Positions 15,721-24,884 of a stretch of DNA of 27,774 nucleotides are shown one piece after another. Position 1 is the stretch's first letter, and each line of letters begins with the position of its first letter. Made by a program: the position numbers and the translations under genes. The notes beneath the pieces are model-generated. The model saw only the letters and a list, made by a program, of their open reading frames with translations, searched no databases and was not told the origin of the DNA. Origin of the DNA: a virus (Duplodnaviria > Caudoviricetes); IMG/VR virus record IMGVR_UViG_3300011335_000668, positions 1 to 27,774 of that record. One strand, 5' to 3'.

Positions 15721-17617
15721 ATTCCACCCCCAAGCCGCGCCCCGGCCTCAATCGGTGCAAGCTGCAGGTTCACCGCCGACTCGCCAGCCTTCGCCAGCTT
15801 CAGTTGCGTGTCGGCCTGCGTGTTCTCCACATCGGCCTTGCCTTGCATCATCGCGATCTGCCCAGCCATTTGCGCCATTTGCTGCTGCATTTGCATGGCC
15901 GGATCGGGCTGCTCGGGTGCCATCAATTCCATGATCTTCTGCTTGTCGGGCAGCGAGGACGCCAAGATCAGCGCCTTGGGCGGGATGGGAACGCCAGCCT
16001 GCGCCAGTGACGCAAGCGTTTCGAATTGCTCCATTGCCAGCGTTGCGGTGTTCGGCACGCTGTCAATCGTAATATCGACATCAAGCTCGGCAATCGGGTT
16101 GTCATAGCCCAGCACCGGACGCACAATCGCAGGCATACCCGTTGCAGGGTCTGCGCCAACCATCGCGGGGCCTTGAATGGGCTGGTTCACGCCCACAAAC
16201 TGCGCCGCTTCCTCGTCGTCCGTGATCCTGATCCAATCGGGCTGTTTCCAGAACTGGCGCGCACGATCCCAACAGGCCGTGTAAACCGAATGCTCAAACT
16301 TGCGCATACCGTTCAGCGTCATTGCGCTATCGGTCATGCCCGCCTGTTGCCGCGCGATCTGCGCACGCCCGCTTGCCGATGCCGACTGCGAAGCCAACAC
16401 GCCGGGGTTCTGCCCGATGCGCTGGATAAAGTTGCGGGCGCTGTCGAGCAGCATCATTTGCCCGCTTGCCATGTCGTTCGTCGTGGCGATGTCCCAACCC
16501 GCAGGGATAACCCCGTCGGGCCGCGAAGCCTCCTCACGCACCTGATTCGCGTCCGCAGCGTAAGCCATTGCCGGGTCAGTCGCCTTCACCTGGCGGTTGT
16601 TCACCAAGTGAAGCAGCTTGCTTTCGCGCTTGTTCACCGCGTCCTGCGGGCTGCGAAGGTCGCGCACTTCGCCATAGCGGCGGTTGTCGCGGTCAATGTA
16701 GCACGAGCGCGCCTTGATAGCGCACGCGGGCTTCCCGTCCTTGTCGAGGTAAGGCGACGGGCCTGCATCCAGTTGTCGCGGTCAATGTAGCACGAGCGCG
16801 CCTTGATAGCGCACGCGGGCTTCCCGTCCTTGTCGAGGTAAGGCGACGGGCCTGCATCCAGCAAGCCGCGCCCCCAAAACACGCAGCGCATCCACTGCCC
16901 GCCCTCGCGGTGATACATTTCCGCCACGAACACGCGGCGCAGTCTGCCATCAACCCACTCGGTCGCCAGACCCTCGCCCTCGGGGCGGTCGGCAAAGGTA
17001 TCGCCAGCGGTGCCTAGCGTAACGCCCGCGTCAAGCGACGACATGATGCCGTCCCGCTGGTCGGGATACAACGCCGCCAAGTCCTCAGCGAACATCCACT
17101 TGCCGATGCCCATGTAACGCGCGTCGGTGAAGTCGAGCGCACGCGAGCGGGGATCGTGGAAAAACTCCTCGTATTTGATCTGCTCAATCTGCGGGCGGTT
17201 GTTCGCGTCAACCCCGATGTGAACAGCGGTCGTGCCTTCGATAAAGAAGTTCAGCGCGCAATACGTGCGCTTGTCCGCCCACTCGGTTTGATCCTTGATG
17301 TAGCGCAGAACCTTCGTTGCTACGTCCGCAGACTGCTCATCCTGCGGATTGCGGGGCCATGCGCGCGGGTCGGTTTCGCCCTGCTCCCACACGCCGATAA
17401 GGCCGCGAATGGCAATCTTGACCTCGTTGAAATACAGCGCAGGCTGCTTGCGCGCCTCAAGAGCGCGGCGCTCTTCCTCAGTCCACTGGTGGCCGTCGAA
17501 GTAATCGCGGTCGATCAGGGCTTCGCTGCGCTGCTTGTCGTTAGCGTCGCGCGCGTCCTCGAAATACCGCTTGTATTGCTCAAGGTTGTCGGCGGGGGCC
17601 TTCACGCTGTTTTCCAA
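15717..17617 (-). CDS. portal protein (P22-like), frameshifted by an 89-bp duplication as assembled
   Basis: ORFs 16634-17617 and 15717-16667 fuse into 603 aa when one copy is removed (1901-89=1812 nt). Motifs DRDYFDGHQWT...RKQP, DPRSRALDFTDARY, SGRAQIARQQAG. Follows the terminase. Confidence 0.88.
16683..16860. repeat. 89-bp exact head-to-tail duplication
   Basis: 16683-16771 is identical to 16772-16860. Confidence 0.95.
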
Positions 17618-19062
17618 CTGCCGCCCTCCCTAGGTTTGCGCCATGACGGGCGATGCGCGCCGTCCCAGCCTTGTTGATTGGTCTGCGCCTGCACAATGGC
17701 AGGGTGCGCCTGGTCGATTGCCCGCCCGATCAGCGAGCTGTTGTCCACATCGTCGTCATGCTTGCCAGCGGGGAACACGAGGTGTTCCGATATGTCCGCG
17801 CCCGGCTCAAAATAGACCCGCCCGCTTGCCGCCATCGCCTGAAAGCTGCGTGCCCGCGTGGGCTTGTCTGCCACACTCGGCAGCCACTCCATGCGGCAGA
17901 ACACCTTGCGCTCACGCATCCGGCGTTGCAGCATCGGCTCAATAGCCTTCTGGATCACGCCGCCTTCACCAAACCATGCAAGCGGCTTGTATTTGTCGAT
18001 CAGGTCAAGCTTGCGCTCGATCCAGACATCGCTTGTCGTCTGCCCGCTCCACCCGTCCACGCGGTAGATAGCGCCGTCAGGCGAGATGCCCCACATCCGG
18101 TGCACGGTGTAGTCGCCGCCGCCATCGGTCACAGCGTAATCGCTGGTGCCGTAGTATTGCAGCGCGGGTAGAACGTCCCAAGTCTTGAACCAATCGCGCT
18201 GGAAGAACGTGCCTTCGTCCGGCTGCGGGCTTTGCTGGTAGAGCGCGCTCCATTCGCGCGGCCCCACCGTTTCCTTAATCCTCAGCAGCGCCTCTTCAGG
18301 ATACCATTCCGGCCACAATGCGCCTCTTTCGGGATGCAGTGCAGGCAATTCCAGAACCGTCCACTGTCCGGCGTCCTGCTCAAGCAAGCGGCCCGCTAGA
18401 TCGTCTTCGTGCCAGCGCGTCTGGATTAGAACGACAGCACCACCCGGCATGAGGCGGGTGTAGAGGGTTGATCTATACCAGTCCCAAACGAGGTCTCGCC
18501 GCCGTTCACTGTCAGCTTCTTCTCTGTCCTTGAAGGGGTCATCGATGAGGGCGATATGAGCACCGCGCCCAGTGACCGCAGTTCCGACACCAGCCGCGAC
18601 ATACGTTCCGCCCTTGTTCGTGTTCATGCGGTTGGCCGCTTGGCTATCAGGTGCCAGCGTTACGCCGGGAAACACTTGGCTAAACTCAGGCTCGGCAACC
18701 AGATTGCGGACGTTGCGTCCGAAGTCGTTTGCCAAGTCGCTGTTGTAACTCGCCGCGATGATCTGGCGATCAGGCTTGCGACCCAAGCACCATGCGGGGA
18801 AACGCTTGCTCGCCAATTCGCTCTTGCCGTGGCGAGGCGGCATGAAAATCATCAGGCGGTCAATGTCACCTCGCTCTACCGCCTCAAGATGCTCTGCAAT
18901 CAATTCATGGTGCGCAGCGCGCTTGTATTGCGGAAGGGTGTATTCAGTGAACCCCAGCAGGCTTGACCTTGCGGCCCTTGCCCTCACCTCTCGGGTCAGT
19001 GCCTCCAATTCCGCCATCGACGAAAGGAGCAAGCTGCGCGGCAAGGCTTCGGATGCGGTCAT
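17602..19062 (-). CDS. terL: terminase large subunit
   Basis: Walker A IFMPPRHGKSE, Walker B IALIDDP, IQTRWHEDDLAG, C-terminal FPAGKHDDDVD nuclease motif. The start may instead be ATG at 19017. Confidence 0.95.
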   Translation of the reverse strand: MTASEALPRSLLLSSMAELEALTREVRARAARSSLLGFTEYTLPQYKRAAHHELIAEHLEAVERGDIDRLMIFMPPRHGKSELASKRFPAWCLGRKPDRQIIAASYNSDLANDFGRNVRNLVAEPEFSQVFPGVTLAPDSQAANRMNTNKGGTYVAAGVGTAVTGRGAHIALIDDPFKDREEADSERRRDLVWDWYRSTLYTRLMPGGAVVLIQTRWHEDDLAGRLLEQDAGQWTVLELPALHPERGALWPEWYPEEALLRIKETVGPREWSALYQQSPQPDEGTFFQRDWFKTWDVLPALQYYGTSDYAVTDGGGDYTVHRMWGISPDGAIYRVDGWSGQTTSDVWIERKLDLIDKYKPLAWFGEGGVIQKAIEPMLQRRMRERKVFCRMEWLPSVADKPTRARSFQAMAASGRVYFEPGADISEHLVFPAGKHDDDVDNSSLIGRAIDQAHPAIVQAQTNQQGWDGAHRPSWRKPREGGSWKTA

Positions 19063-19339
19063 GCAATTCCTCGTCGCTCATGTCGCTGCCGTCATTGACC
19101 GTGAGGCTCATCTCCTTGGGCAGCATGGTCGCAACGAGCTTCACGAAGTCACCGGGCTTATCTGCAATCATCTCGTCTATGCAGCGAGCGCCAGCCTGTT
19201 GCCATTTGTCGTAAACGTCCTGACAGAATTGCTCGCCAAGCTTGGAGCGCGCACCTTTCGGGCGACCGGGAGACTTCGGCGGCACAATGAACTTGCCGTT
19301 CTCATCGCGCTTTTCCGCGCTTATGATAGCGTCGCTCAT
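18944..19339 (-). CDS. terS: terminase small subunit (131 aa)
   Basis: GKF...PGRPKGARSKL N-terminus and KPGDFVKLVATMLPKE. Immediately upstream of and overlapping terL. Confidence 0.8.
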   Translation of the reverse strand: MSDAIISAEKRDENGKFIVPPKSPGRPKGARSKLGEQFCQDVYDKWQQAGARCIDEMIADKPGDFVKLVATMLPKEMSLTVNDGSDMSDEELHDRIRSLAAQLAPFVDGGIGGTDPRGEGKGRKVKPAGVH

Positions 19340-19746
19340 TGCCCGCGCCCATAATCAAACCCGCGCACCGCAAACGGGCTTAGACCCATTGCCAAGCGGC
19401 GCTGCGCAAACTCCACGGCCTTGTTCACAATGGCATCGGTCGGCTCACCGGTGCGTGCAAGGTGGTCGCGCTCTTCCGGCGTCAATGTCGGGACAAGCGT
19501 GGGAATATCCATCTCGCCTTGGCCGAAGTCGATGCCGATTGAGTATTCGGTCATAACCTGCCCGTCAGGCGTTGGCACCTCGCCAAGATACCCGCGACCC
19601 TTTTGCGTTCCATCGGGGCGCGTGCCGTAACCTTCGACGACAGGATAGCTTGCCAATGCGTTTTTCTGCTGCGTCTGCACATTATTGCGCGCGACGTTGC
19701 CCGCAGCACCCATCAGGGCATTAAATGATCCACCGAGCAACGGCAT
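19336..19746 (-). CDS. conserved-looking hypothetical phage protein (136 aa)
   Basis: YGTRPDGTQKGRGYLGE...TEYSIG...IPTLVPTLT...GLSPF. Coupled at both ends. Confidence 0.8.
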   Translation of the reverse strand: MPLLGGSFNALMGAAGNVARNNVQTQQKNALASYPVVEGYGTRPDGTQKGRGYLGEVPTPDGQVMTEYSIGIDFGQGEMDIPTLVPTLTPEERDHLARTGEPTDAIVNKAVEFAQRRLAMGLSPFAVRGFDYGRGQ

Positions 19747-19949
19747 CACAAACCCCCAAACACAAACTTGAGCATCTCTGCGTCACACTTGAGCGAGATA
19801 CATTCGCCTTCGCTGATGAAGCTGGCGATCTCACCAGCAGTGGCGAGAAACTCGTCAATCGTCGCAGGATGATCGGGGCTGCAATTATAGAACCAGCGGG
19901 CGAGGTCACAGGACAGGGCGCGGATTGTATCGTCGCTTGGCTCGTCCAT
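19746..19949 (-). CDS. hypothetical protein (67 aa), first late gene
   Basis: GAGG then ATG at 19947-19949 (MDEPSDD...). TGATG coupling to the next gene. Confidence 0.6.
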   Translation of the reverse strand: MDEPSDDTIRALSCDLARWFYNCSPDHPATIDEFLATAGEIASFISEGECISLKCDAEMLKFVFGGL

Positions 19950-20051
19950 CGGTGGCCTCGCTGTGTATTCGCCTGCACCAGCGCCCGGATCATTGTGCTT
20001 ACGCATCGCATGGGGTGGATCGCGAGATAGGCAGGCTCGACCCGAGGGCCG

Positions 20052-20089
20052 AATAAGAACGCCCCGCATTCCGGTGTGGAAGCGGGGCG
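20052..20089 (-). terminator. intrinsic terminator just downstream of the late promoter (tR'-like)
   Basis: CGCCCCGC-TTCCACACCGGAAT-GCGGGGCG followed by TTCTTATT. Confidence 0.75.
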
Positions 20090-20108
20090 CGCGAATATCT
20101 ATTCTATA

Positions 20109-20137
20109 ATTATCGCACAGAATTGTTCACGCGTCAA
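20109..20137 (-). promoter_or_regulatory. sigma70-type late promoter (pR'-like)
   Basis: TTGACG (20137-20132), 17-nt spacer, GATAAT (20114-20109), in an AT-rich gap. Confidence 0.8.
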
Positions 20138-20766
20138 GCGGCTCGTGCATTCGCCCTATCAACGTCGCCTTGTGTCACACCGTCGAACGCATCCCGCTTG
20201 TAATGCGGCCATGCGTTAAGCGCGCCGATCAGTATCTTCATGGCCTTACCCCACGAGCGGTTATAGCGCCGCGCGATGGCCGCCAGCTTGTTGTCCTCTG
20301 TCAGCATATCCAGCACTAGCCCGCGAGGGTAAATCAACGCTTGACGCCACTCACCGTAAGCCTGCTCAATTTGGACGCGGTGCAATGTCTCGCCTCCATA
20401 GGTCATGCGGCTTGACCCGCAATCTACACGGGCTTCAACGCTGCCGCTGGCGTATCCGACATCGCGGCCAATCCCGAGCGCGATCTGTGCAATCTCCTGC
20501 GCCGCTGCAAGCTGGTCGGCGGTAAGTGCGCCGCGAAGGGCTAGGCGGGCAAGGCTAGAGGTGGAGCGGGCGCGGTAGGTTCGGCTGCGCTCCTGGTCGG
20601 GCGATAGGGCAGGCTCTAAATCGCCGTGTGTGAGGCGTTCGGGCGTTACGATGTCCTCACCCTGCTGACGGAGCGTCTCTTGCGTCCTAGCCACCCTAGA
20701 ACGCCACTGAAGGTCGGTTTCATCGGGGCGCTTCGCTAGCGGGTCGGTTTGCTTACGCTTTGCCAT
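20134..20766 (-). CDS. putative late-gene regulator/antiterminator in the Q position (210 aa)
   Basis: GGAGG then ATG at 20766. C-terminal HTH-like KLAAIARRYNRSWGKAMKIL. Directly precedes the promoter, terminator and late operon. Confidence 0.6.
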   Translation of the reverse strand: MAKRKQTDPLAKRPDETDLQWRSRVARTQETLRQQGEDIVTPERLTHGDLEPALSPDQERSRTYRARSTSSLARLALRGALTADQLAAAQEIAQIALGIGRDVGYASGSVEARVDCGSSRMTYGGETLHRVQIEQAYGEWRQALIYPRGLVLDMLTEDNKLAAIARRYNRSWGKAMKILIGALNAWPHYKRDAFDGVTQGDVDRANARAA

Positions 20767-21478
20767 GTTGGCCTCCAATCATGTTGCCGATGAATGCGGG
20801 AACGGAAACGCGGGCGACCTTCTTCCGCTTGCGATACTCTGCCAAATTGATGCGGCTGCACTTTCGACAAACCCGCTTGCCTTGCTTGGATGGGGCTAAG
20901 TTGTCATCGGTATATTCATGCCCGCGCTTGCAATGGGTGCGCGCTCTAGCGGCAGATGCGGATGCGATCCGAGCCTTTTGCTGAATGTGCTTTGGCACAG
21001 GGCCAGAGCGGCCAATCTGATAACGTCGGTGGCATGAGCGGGAACACGTGATCCTTTTTCCATGCGCCACTTCGTAAGGCTTTCTCCAAATTTGGACGCC
21101 ACAAACCTTGCACTCCGCCCATTCCCCTCGCCTTCGGGCCATGCCATTCCTTGCCGCCTGCTCAGGCGTCCGCTTACTGCCAGGCCCCCCTTGTCCGCCC
21201 TTGGCTACATTCAAAAGGTTAGGCGTCTCCGCGATCCACCGGCACTCTGCCTCCACCCAATCTTGCCCTGAAGGAACAACCTCAAGAACTTCAATCTGCA
21301 AATGTGCCTGCTCTCGCATCCAAAGTGCGTATGGTCTATCATAGTCATGACATTGTCTGACATGCTGAGTGAGCCGATACTTGGGTAGCTGCATTGTCTT
21401 GCCAATGTATCTAAGCACTCCATCACCAGCATGAATGCCGTAAATGAAGGTTTTTCTATCTTCTATTCTAGCTTTCAT
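20753..21478 (-). CDS. GIY-YIG homing endonuclease with Zn-binding C-terminal modules (241 aa)
   Basis: IYGI...RYIGKT...R..QH, E..WI and LLNVAKGG motifs; CKVC/CSRSC and RTHCKRGHEY...CRKC. Less GC-rich than its neighbours. Confidence 0.85.
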   Translation of the reverse strand: MKARIEDRKTFIYGIHAGDGVLRYIGKTMQLPKYRLTQHVRQCHDYDRPYALWMREQAHLQIEVLEVVPSGQDWVEAECRWIAETPNLLNVAKGGQGGPGSKRTPEQAARNGMARRRGEWAECKVCGVQIWRKPYEVAHGKRITCSRSCHRRYQIGRSGPVPKHIQQKARIASASAARARTHCKRGHEYTDDNLAPSKQGKRVCRKCSRINLAEYRKRKKVARVSVPAFIGNMIGGQHGKA

Positions 21479-21668
21479 AGTTACCACCTATAGCACGAAC
21501 TAGCCATTTAGGTGCAGAGTATTGCATTAATATCGTTTGAGTTTCCCCATTAAAATAGGCGCTACGCATCCGGTCTTGCGCGTCCTGCTTGCTCTGGGCG
21601 TAGACCTCGATGACGTAGGTTTTGCCGTGGTGGCGGTATTCGATGCTGTAGGGTTTCAGCTTACCCAT
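21468..21668 (-). CDS. hypothetical protein (66 aa)
   Basis: GGAGGA RBS; overlaps its neighbours in the operon. Confidence 0.7.
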   Translation of the reverse strand: MGKLKPYSIEYRHHGKTYVIEVYAQSKQDAQDRMRSAYFNGETQTILMQYSAPKWLVRAIGGNYES

Positions 21669-21849
21669 CGGCCATGTCCTCCTCAGCCTTACGTGCGCGG
21701 ATCACCTCAGCGCGGGCTTTGGTCATCATGCCCCACTGGTCTAAGTCGCCGTTGTCGATTGCCTTGCGGAAAGCTGGCGTCATGCGGGTCTTGACCAGCT
21801 CGCGGGCTGCTAGGGTGTCGTTGAGGGTGAATTGATTAGGCGAGGTCAT
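21661..21849 (-). CDS. hypothetical protein (62 aa)
   Basis: AAGGAG RBS, ATGA coupling. Confidence 0.75.
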   Translation of the reverse strand: MTSPNQFTLNDTLAARELVKTRMTPAFRKAIDNGDLDQWGMMTKARAEVIRARKAEEDMADG

Positions 21850-22037
21850 GCGGTTACTCCTTCGTCCATCCAGCGCCGCACAGCGCGCTCACAAGCGCCC
21901 TCAAGTTGCGCAGCCTGTTCCGCCGTCCAGCCAATGTCGATAAGGCCTCGGATCACTTGCTTCCGCAGTTCGATTGCCTGCTTCATCTGGTCGAGCGTGA
22001 CTTGGATTAGTTGGGCGCGGGCCTGTTCGTCAGTCAT
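21846..22037 (-). CDS. hypothetical protein (63 aa)
   Basis: GGGAG RBS, ATGA coupling. Confidence 0.75.
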   Translation of the reverse strand: MTDEQARAQLIQVTLDQMKQAIELRKQVIRGLIDIGWTAEQAAQLEGACERAVRRWMDEGVTA

Positions 22038-22291
22038 GCGTTCGCTCCCTCTTCAAGGCACGCCAGCAACTCGCAATGAAGGTCGATTTCCAACCGTTCC
22101 AAAGCCTCGATCATGCCGTAGTGCCGCCCCGCCCAAAACGGCAGCAGCCACCGCCAGACGATGTGCTTGCGCCATGACCACCCGTGATGAGCCTCATCGA
22201 GGAACCGCCGGTCATTCCGAACCTTGCCAATCAAGCCGCGCAGTTCGTCAGCGCGCACCTGCAACTCGTTTCCGATTGTTTCCGTCCTCAT
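22034..22291 (-). CDS. hypothetical protein (85 aa)
   Basis: GGGAG RBS, ATGA coupling. Confidence 0.7.
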   Translation of the reverse strand: MRTETIGNELQVRADELRGLIGKVRNDRRFLDEAHHGWSWRKHIVWRWLLPFWAGRHYGMIEALERLEIDLHCELLACLEEGANA

Positions 22292-22343
22292 GCATAACTC
22301 CCGTCAGCTTCGCGGCCATCGGGCCGGGGGTGGGTGTGGTGGT

Positions 22344-22505
22344 TCATGGTGCCGTCTTTCCGGCCAGCGTCAGCCAGCCCGTTGCGTAGTCCTTGCGGAG
22401 GTTGCCGTAGTCACCTGCGGCCCATCGTTCCCGCATGGTGGCAAGCGGGATGCGCGGGTTGTGCGCGTCTGCGATGAAGTGGCCGTTGCCCCAGCCCGCT
22501 TTCAT
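22344..22505 (-). CDS. hypothetical protein (53 aa)
   Basis: ATG at 22503-22505 overlaps the primase stop (ATGA); MKAGWGNGHF... Confidence 0.65.
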   Translation of the reverse strand: MKAGWGNGHFIADAHNPRIPLATMRERWAAGDYGNLRKDYATGWLTLAGKTAP

Positions 22506-23404
22506 GCCGCCACCTCGTCTGCCCAATCGGTGCCAAACTGCCCCGGGATGCGAACCTCGACTTGCAGCTTGCGGGAGAGGCGGTGCGCCAGCGTGTAAGC
22601 AGCCGCTTGGCCAGTGTAGTTGCCGTCACAATCGCCGAACACGATCACGCGCTTCACACCTTCGGGCGGTTGCCACTTGGCCATGAAGCCCGCAGTCAAT
22701 GCCGCATGGCAGGGCGCCTTGAACTTCGCCTGTGCCGCAAGGGCAGTCTCGATCCCTTCGGCAATTCCCATGACCTCGGCAGCAGGCGACAAGTGAACCG
22801 CGATGCTGTCAGGCAAGTCCCCTGGCATCATGGCGCGGGGATTGTCCATTGCCGCCTTCTCGCCCGCCAGCGTGAGGAACGTCCGATGGATGGTCGCGGG
22901 GTTCCCGGCATGGTCGCGCACTAAGGCGAGCAAGGCGGGCGAAGTGCCGCCCCCAGGCACAGGCGCGCTCTCGGCATAGCGAAGGTCGGCGCAATTCTGC
23001 CAGCCCTTCACACGGCGGGATAGATACCAACCCGCAGGGCAATCCACCTCGACAGGGACGGACGCCTTCCAAAGCGCGTTCATCATTCGGCGGCGGCTGT
23101 CATCGGACAGCGCGGGCTTGCCCGGGGGATCGCTCGGCACGTTGCCTAGCACTTCGTCCACGGCTTGCGCTGCGTCACGAAACTCCCAGCCCTTAAAGGC
23201 TTTGAGCAAGTCCATGCCGGAACCAGCGCCGCATTGTCCGCAGATATACGAACCGCTCCCATCCTTGTTGTCAAAGCGGAAGCGGTCATTCCCGCCGCAC
23301 AAGGGGCAAGGCCCATGCTTGCCGGTGAGGTGCTTGGCGTCCATGCCCAGCGAAAGGAGGATGCCCTTCCACTTGCCCCGGGCTGCGTCACAGGTCTTAC
23401 GCAC
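22502..23404 (-). CDS. DNA primase (P4-alpha-type Zn finger plus TOPRIM, 300 aa)
   Basis: KHGPCPLCGGNDRFRFD...YICGQCGAGSG zinc finger; IAEGIETAL and IVFGDCD TOPRIM motifs. CAGGAGG precedes the GTG at 23404. Confidence 0.9.
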   Translation of the reverse strand: MRKTCDAARGKWKGILLSLGMDAKHLTGKHGPCPLCGGNDRFRFDNKDGSGSYICGQCGAGSGMDLLKAFKGWEFRDAAQAVDEVLGNVPSDPPGKPALSDDSRRRMMNALWKASVPVEVDCPAGWYLSRRVKGWQNCADLRYAESAPVPGGGTSPALLALVRDHAGNPATIHRTFLTLAGEKAAMDNPRAMMPGDLPDSIAVHLSPAAEVMGIAEGIETALAAQAKFKAPCHAALTAGFMAKWQPPEGVKRVIVFGDCDGNYTGQAAAYTLAHRLSRKLQVEVRIPGQFGTDWADEVAA

Positions 23405-24884
23405 GACGCGCCTCCTGTGACTTGATGCGCCGGATATCACGCGACTTCACGTAAGCGACGACCTCCGCGCTCGGAACTGGCACGGGGCGCTTGTGTAGCT
23501 GGTTAGGCCACACGCCTGTTTTGTCGCGGTAGGTGTGAGCCGCCCAACCGTCACTAAATCCGCGTTTCCGGGCGATGGCGATCAGGCTGCTATACCATTG
23601 CTGCTTTTGCGCCATGGTAAGCTCTTTCGACTTCGCAGCCTTGGGCTTGATTTCGACAAGCTCGCCTTCCTCGTATTCGATCTCGCTTTGACGCGAAGGC
23701 TCGAAACCACAGGCGGGGCATGGGCCGCGCGCCTTCACGGCACCGCAGGACGGGCAAGCGCGAGGCAGGGTTTCCGCCTTTTCCTTGTTGCGAGGTTCGG
23801 GCTTTTCCTTGCCGGTCAGCAGAGCGTCGTGGCCAATCGTGGTGACGAAGCCGAGGCGCGCGTGATTGTCTGCGTGATCTAGGATTAGGCAATGATCCTT
23901 GCCCGGGGCAGTCCGCAGACCGCGCCCGATGCACTGGACGAACAGCATTTCGGATTTAGTCGGGCGGGCCATCACAACGCAGCGAACGTCCGCGTCAACG
24001 CCCGTGGTAAGCGTGCCGACATTGACGATCCCCGCCAACTCGCCCTTCGCCATGCGCCGGAACAGCAGTTGCCGCTCCACGAGGTCAACGCTCGCGTCGC
24101 AGTAACCCATGTTCACGCCAGCGGCGAGGAACTGGCGCTGCAAGGTTTCAGCGTGGGCAAGGTCAACCGCGAACACGAGGGTCGGCAATCCGCGCGCCCG
24201 TTGCAGCCAAGTCTCGACCACATCCGCGACAAGGCGGCTTTCCTGCATAACCGCCGAAAGCTGCCCCTCGTGGTAATCCCCCGCCAGCGTGACGACGTTG
24301 GACAAGTCGGGGTGCGAGGGAGCGAACACGCGGAAGGGTGAAAGCCATCCCCCGTCGATCAGCTCTTGCATGGTCACAGGCTTGACGAGGTCTTGCCAGT
24401 CGTCACCCATGCCGCGCGCCCAAGGCGTAGCGGACAGGCCGATAAAGCACTTGTTCGGCTCCGCCTTCATCCATTCGGTGATGACTTTGTGCCGTGCGTG
24501 GCACTCGTCCACGATCACAATATCCGAATGCGGCAAAGCCCTGCGGCCCAGCGACTGCACCGATGCCACCTGCACAGGCTGGAACGGATCGGTGCGATGG
24601 TGCGAGGATTGAATAACCCCGATGCCGCGCACGCCATCACCTTCGAAAGCGTCAACGGTCTGGTCGATCAGGCTAATTGCCGGAGCCGTGAAACAAACCG
24701 TGCGGCCCTTAGCGCGGGCGCTCAGAACGATCTCGGCTGCAACCCGCGTCTTGCCAGCCCCCGTGGGCAATTGCAGGACTACGCGCTTGTTACCTTTTCC
24801 AAGGGATTGGCGCAGCAGGTCGATGGCGCGTTCCTGATGCGGGCGAAGCGGACGGGCTGCACCCGTTGCGAACAGCCCGCTCAC
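23397..24884 (-). CDS. SF2 DEAD/DEAH-box helicase (YejH-like) with C-terminal Zn finger (495 aa)
   Basis: LRPHQ, LPTGAGKT, DECH, GLSATP, QCIGRGLR, CPSC/CPAC. Confidence 0.93.
   Translation of the reverse strand: MSGLFATGAARPLRPHQERAIDLLRQSLGKGNKRVVLQLPTGAGKTRVAAEIVLSARAKGRTVCFTAPAISLIDQTVDAFEGDGVRGIGVIQSSHHRTDPFQPVQVASVQSLGRRALPHSDIVIVDECHARHKVITEWMKAEPNKCFIGLSATPWARGMGDDWQDLVKPVTMQELIDGGWLSPFRVFAPSHPDLSNVVTLAGDYHEGQLSAVMQESRLVADVVETWLQRARGLPTLVFAVDLAHAETLQRQFLAAGVNMGYCDASVDLVERQLLFRRMAKGELAGIVNVGTLTTGVDADVRCVVMARPTKSEMLFVQCIGRGLRTAPGKDHCLILDHADNHARLGFVTTIGHDALLTGKEKPEPRNKEKAETLPRACPSCGAVKARGPCPACGFEPSRQSEIEYEEGELVEIKPKAAKSKELTMAQKQQWYSSLIAIARKRGFSDGWAAHTYRDKTGVWPNQLHKRPVPVPSAEVVAYVKSRDIRRIKSQEARRA

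Noticed and set aside
9863-17617. Programmed frameshifts or genuinely split portal and gp10-like genes
   Set aside because: Both frame changes are fully explained by tandem duplications whose lengths are not multiples of 3. No slippery sites are needed.
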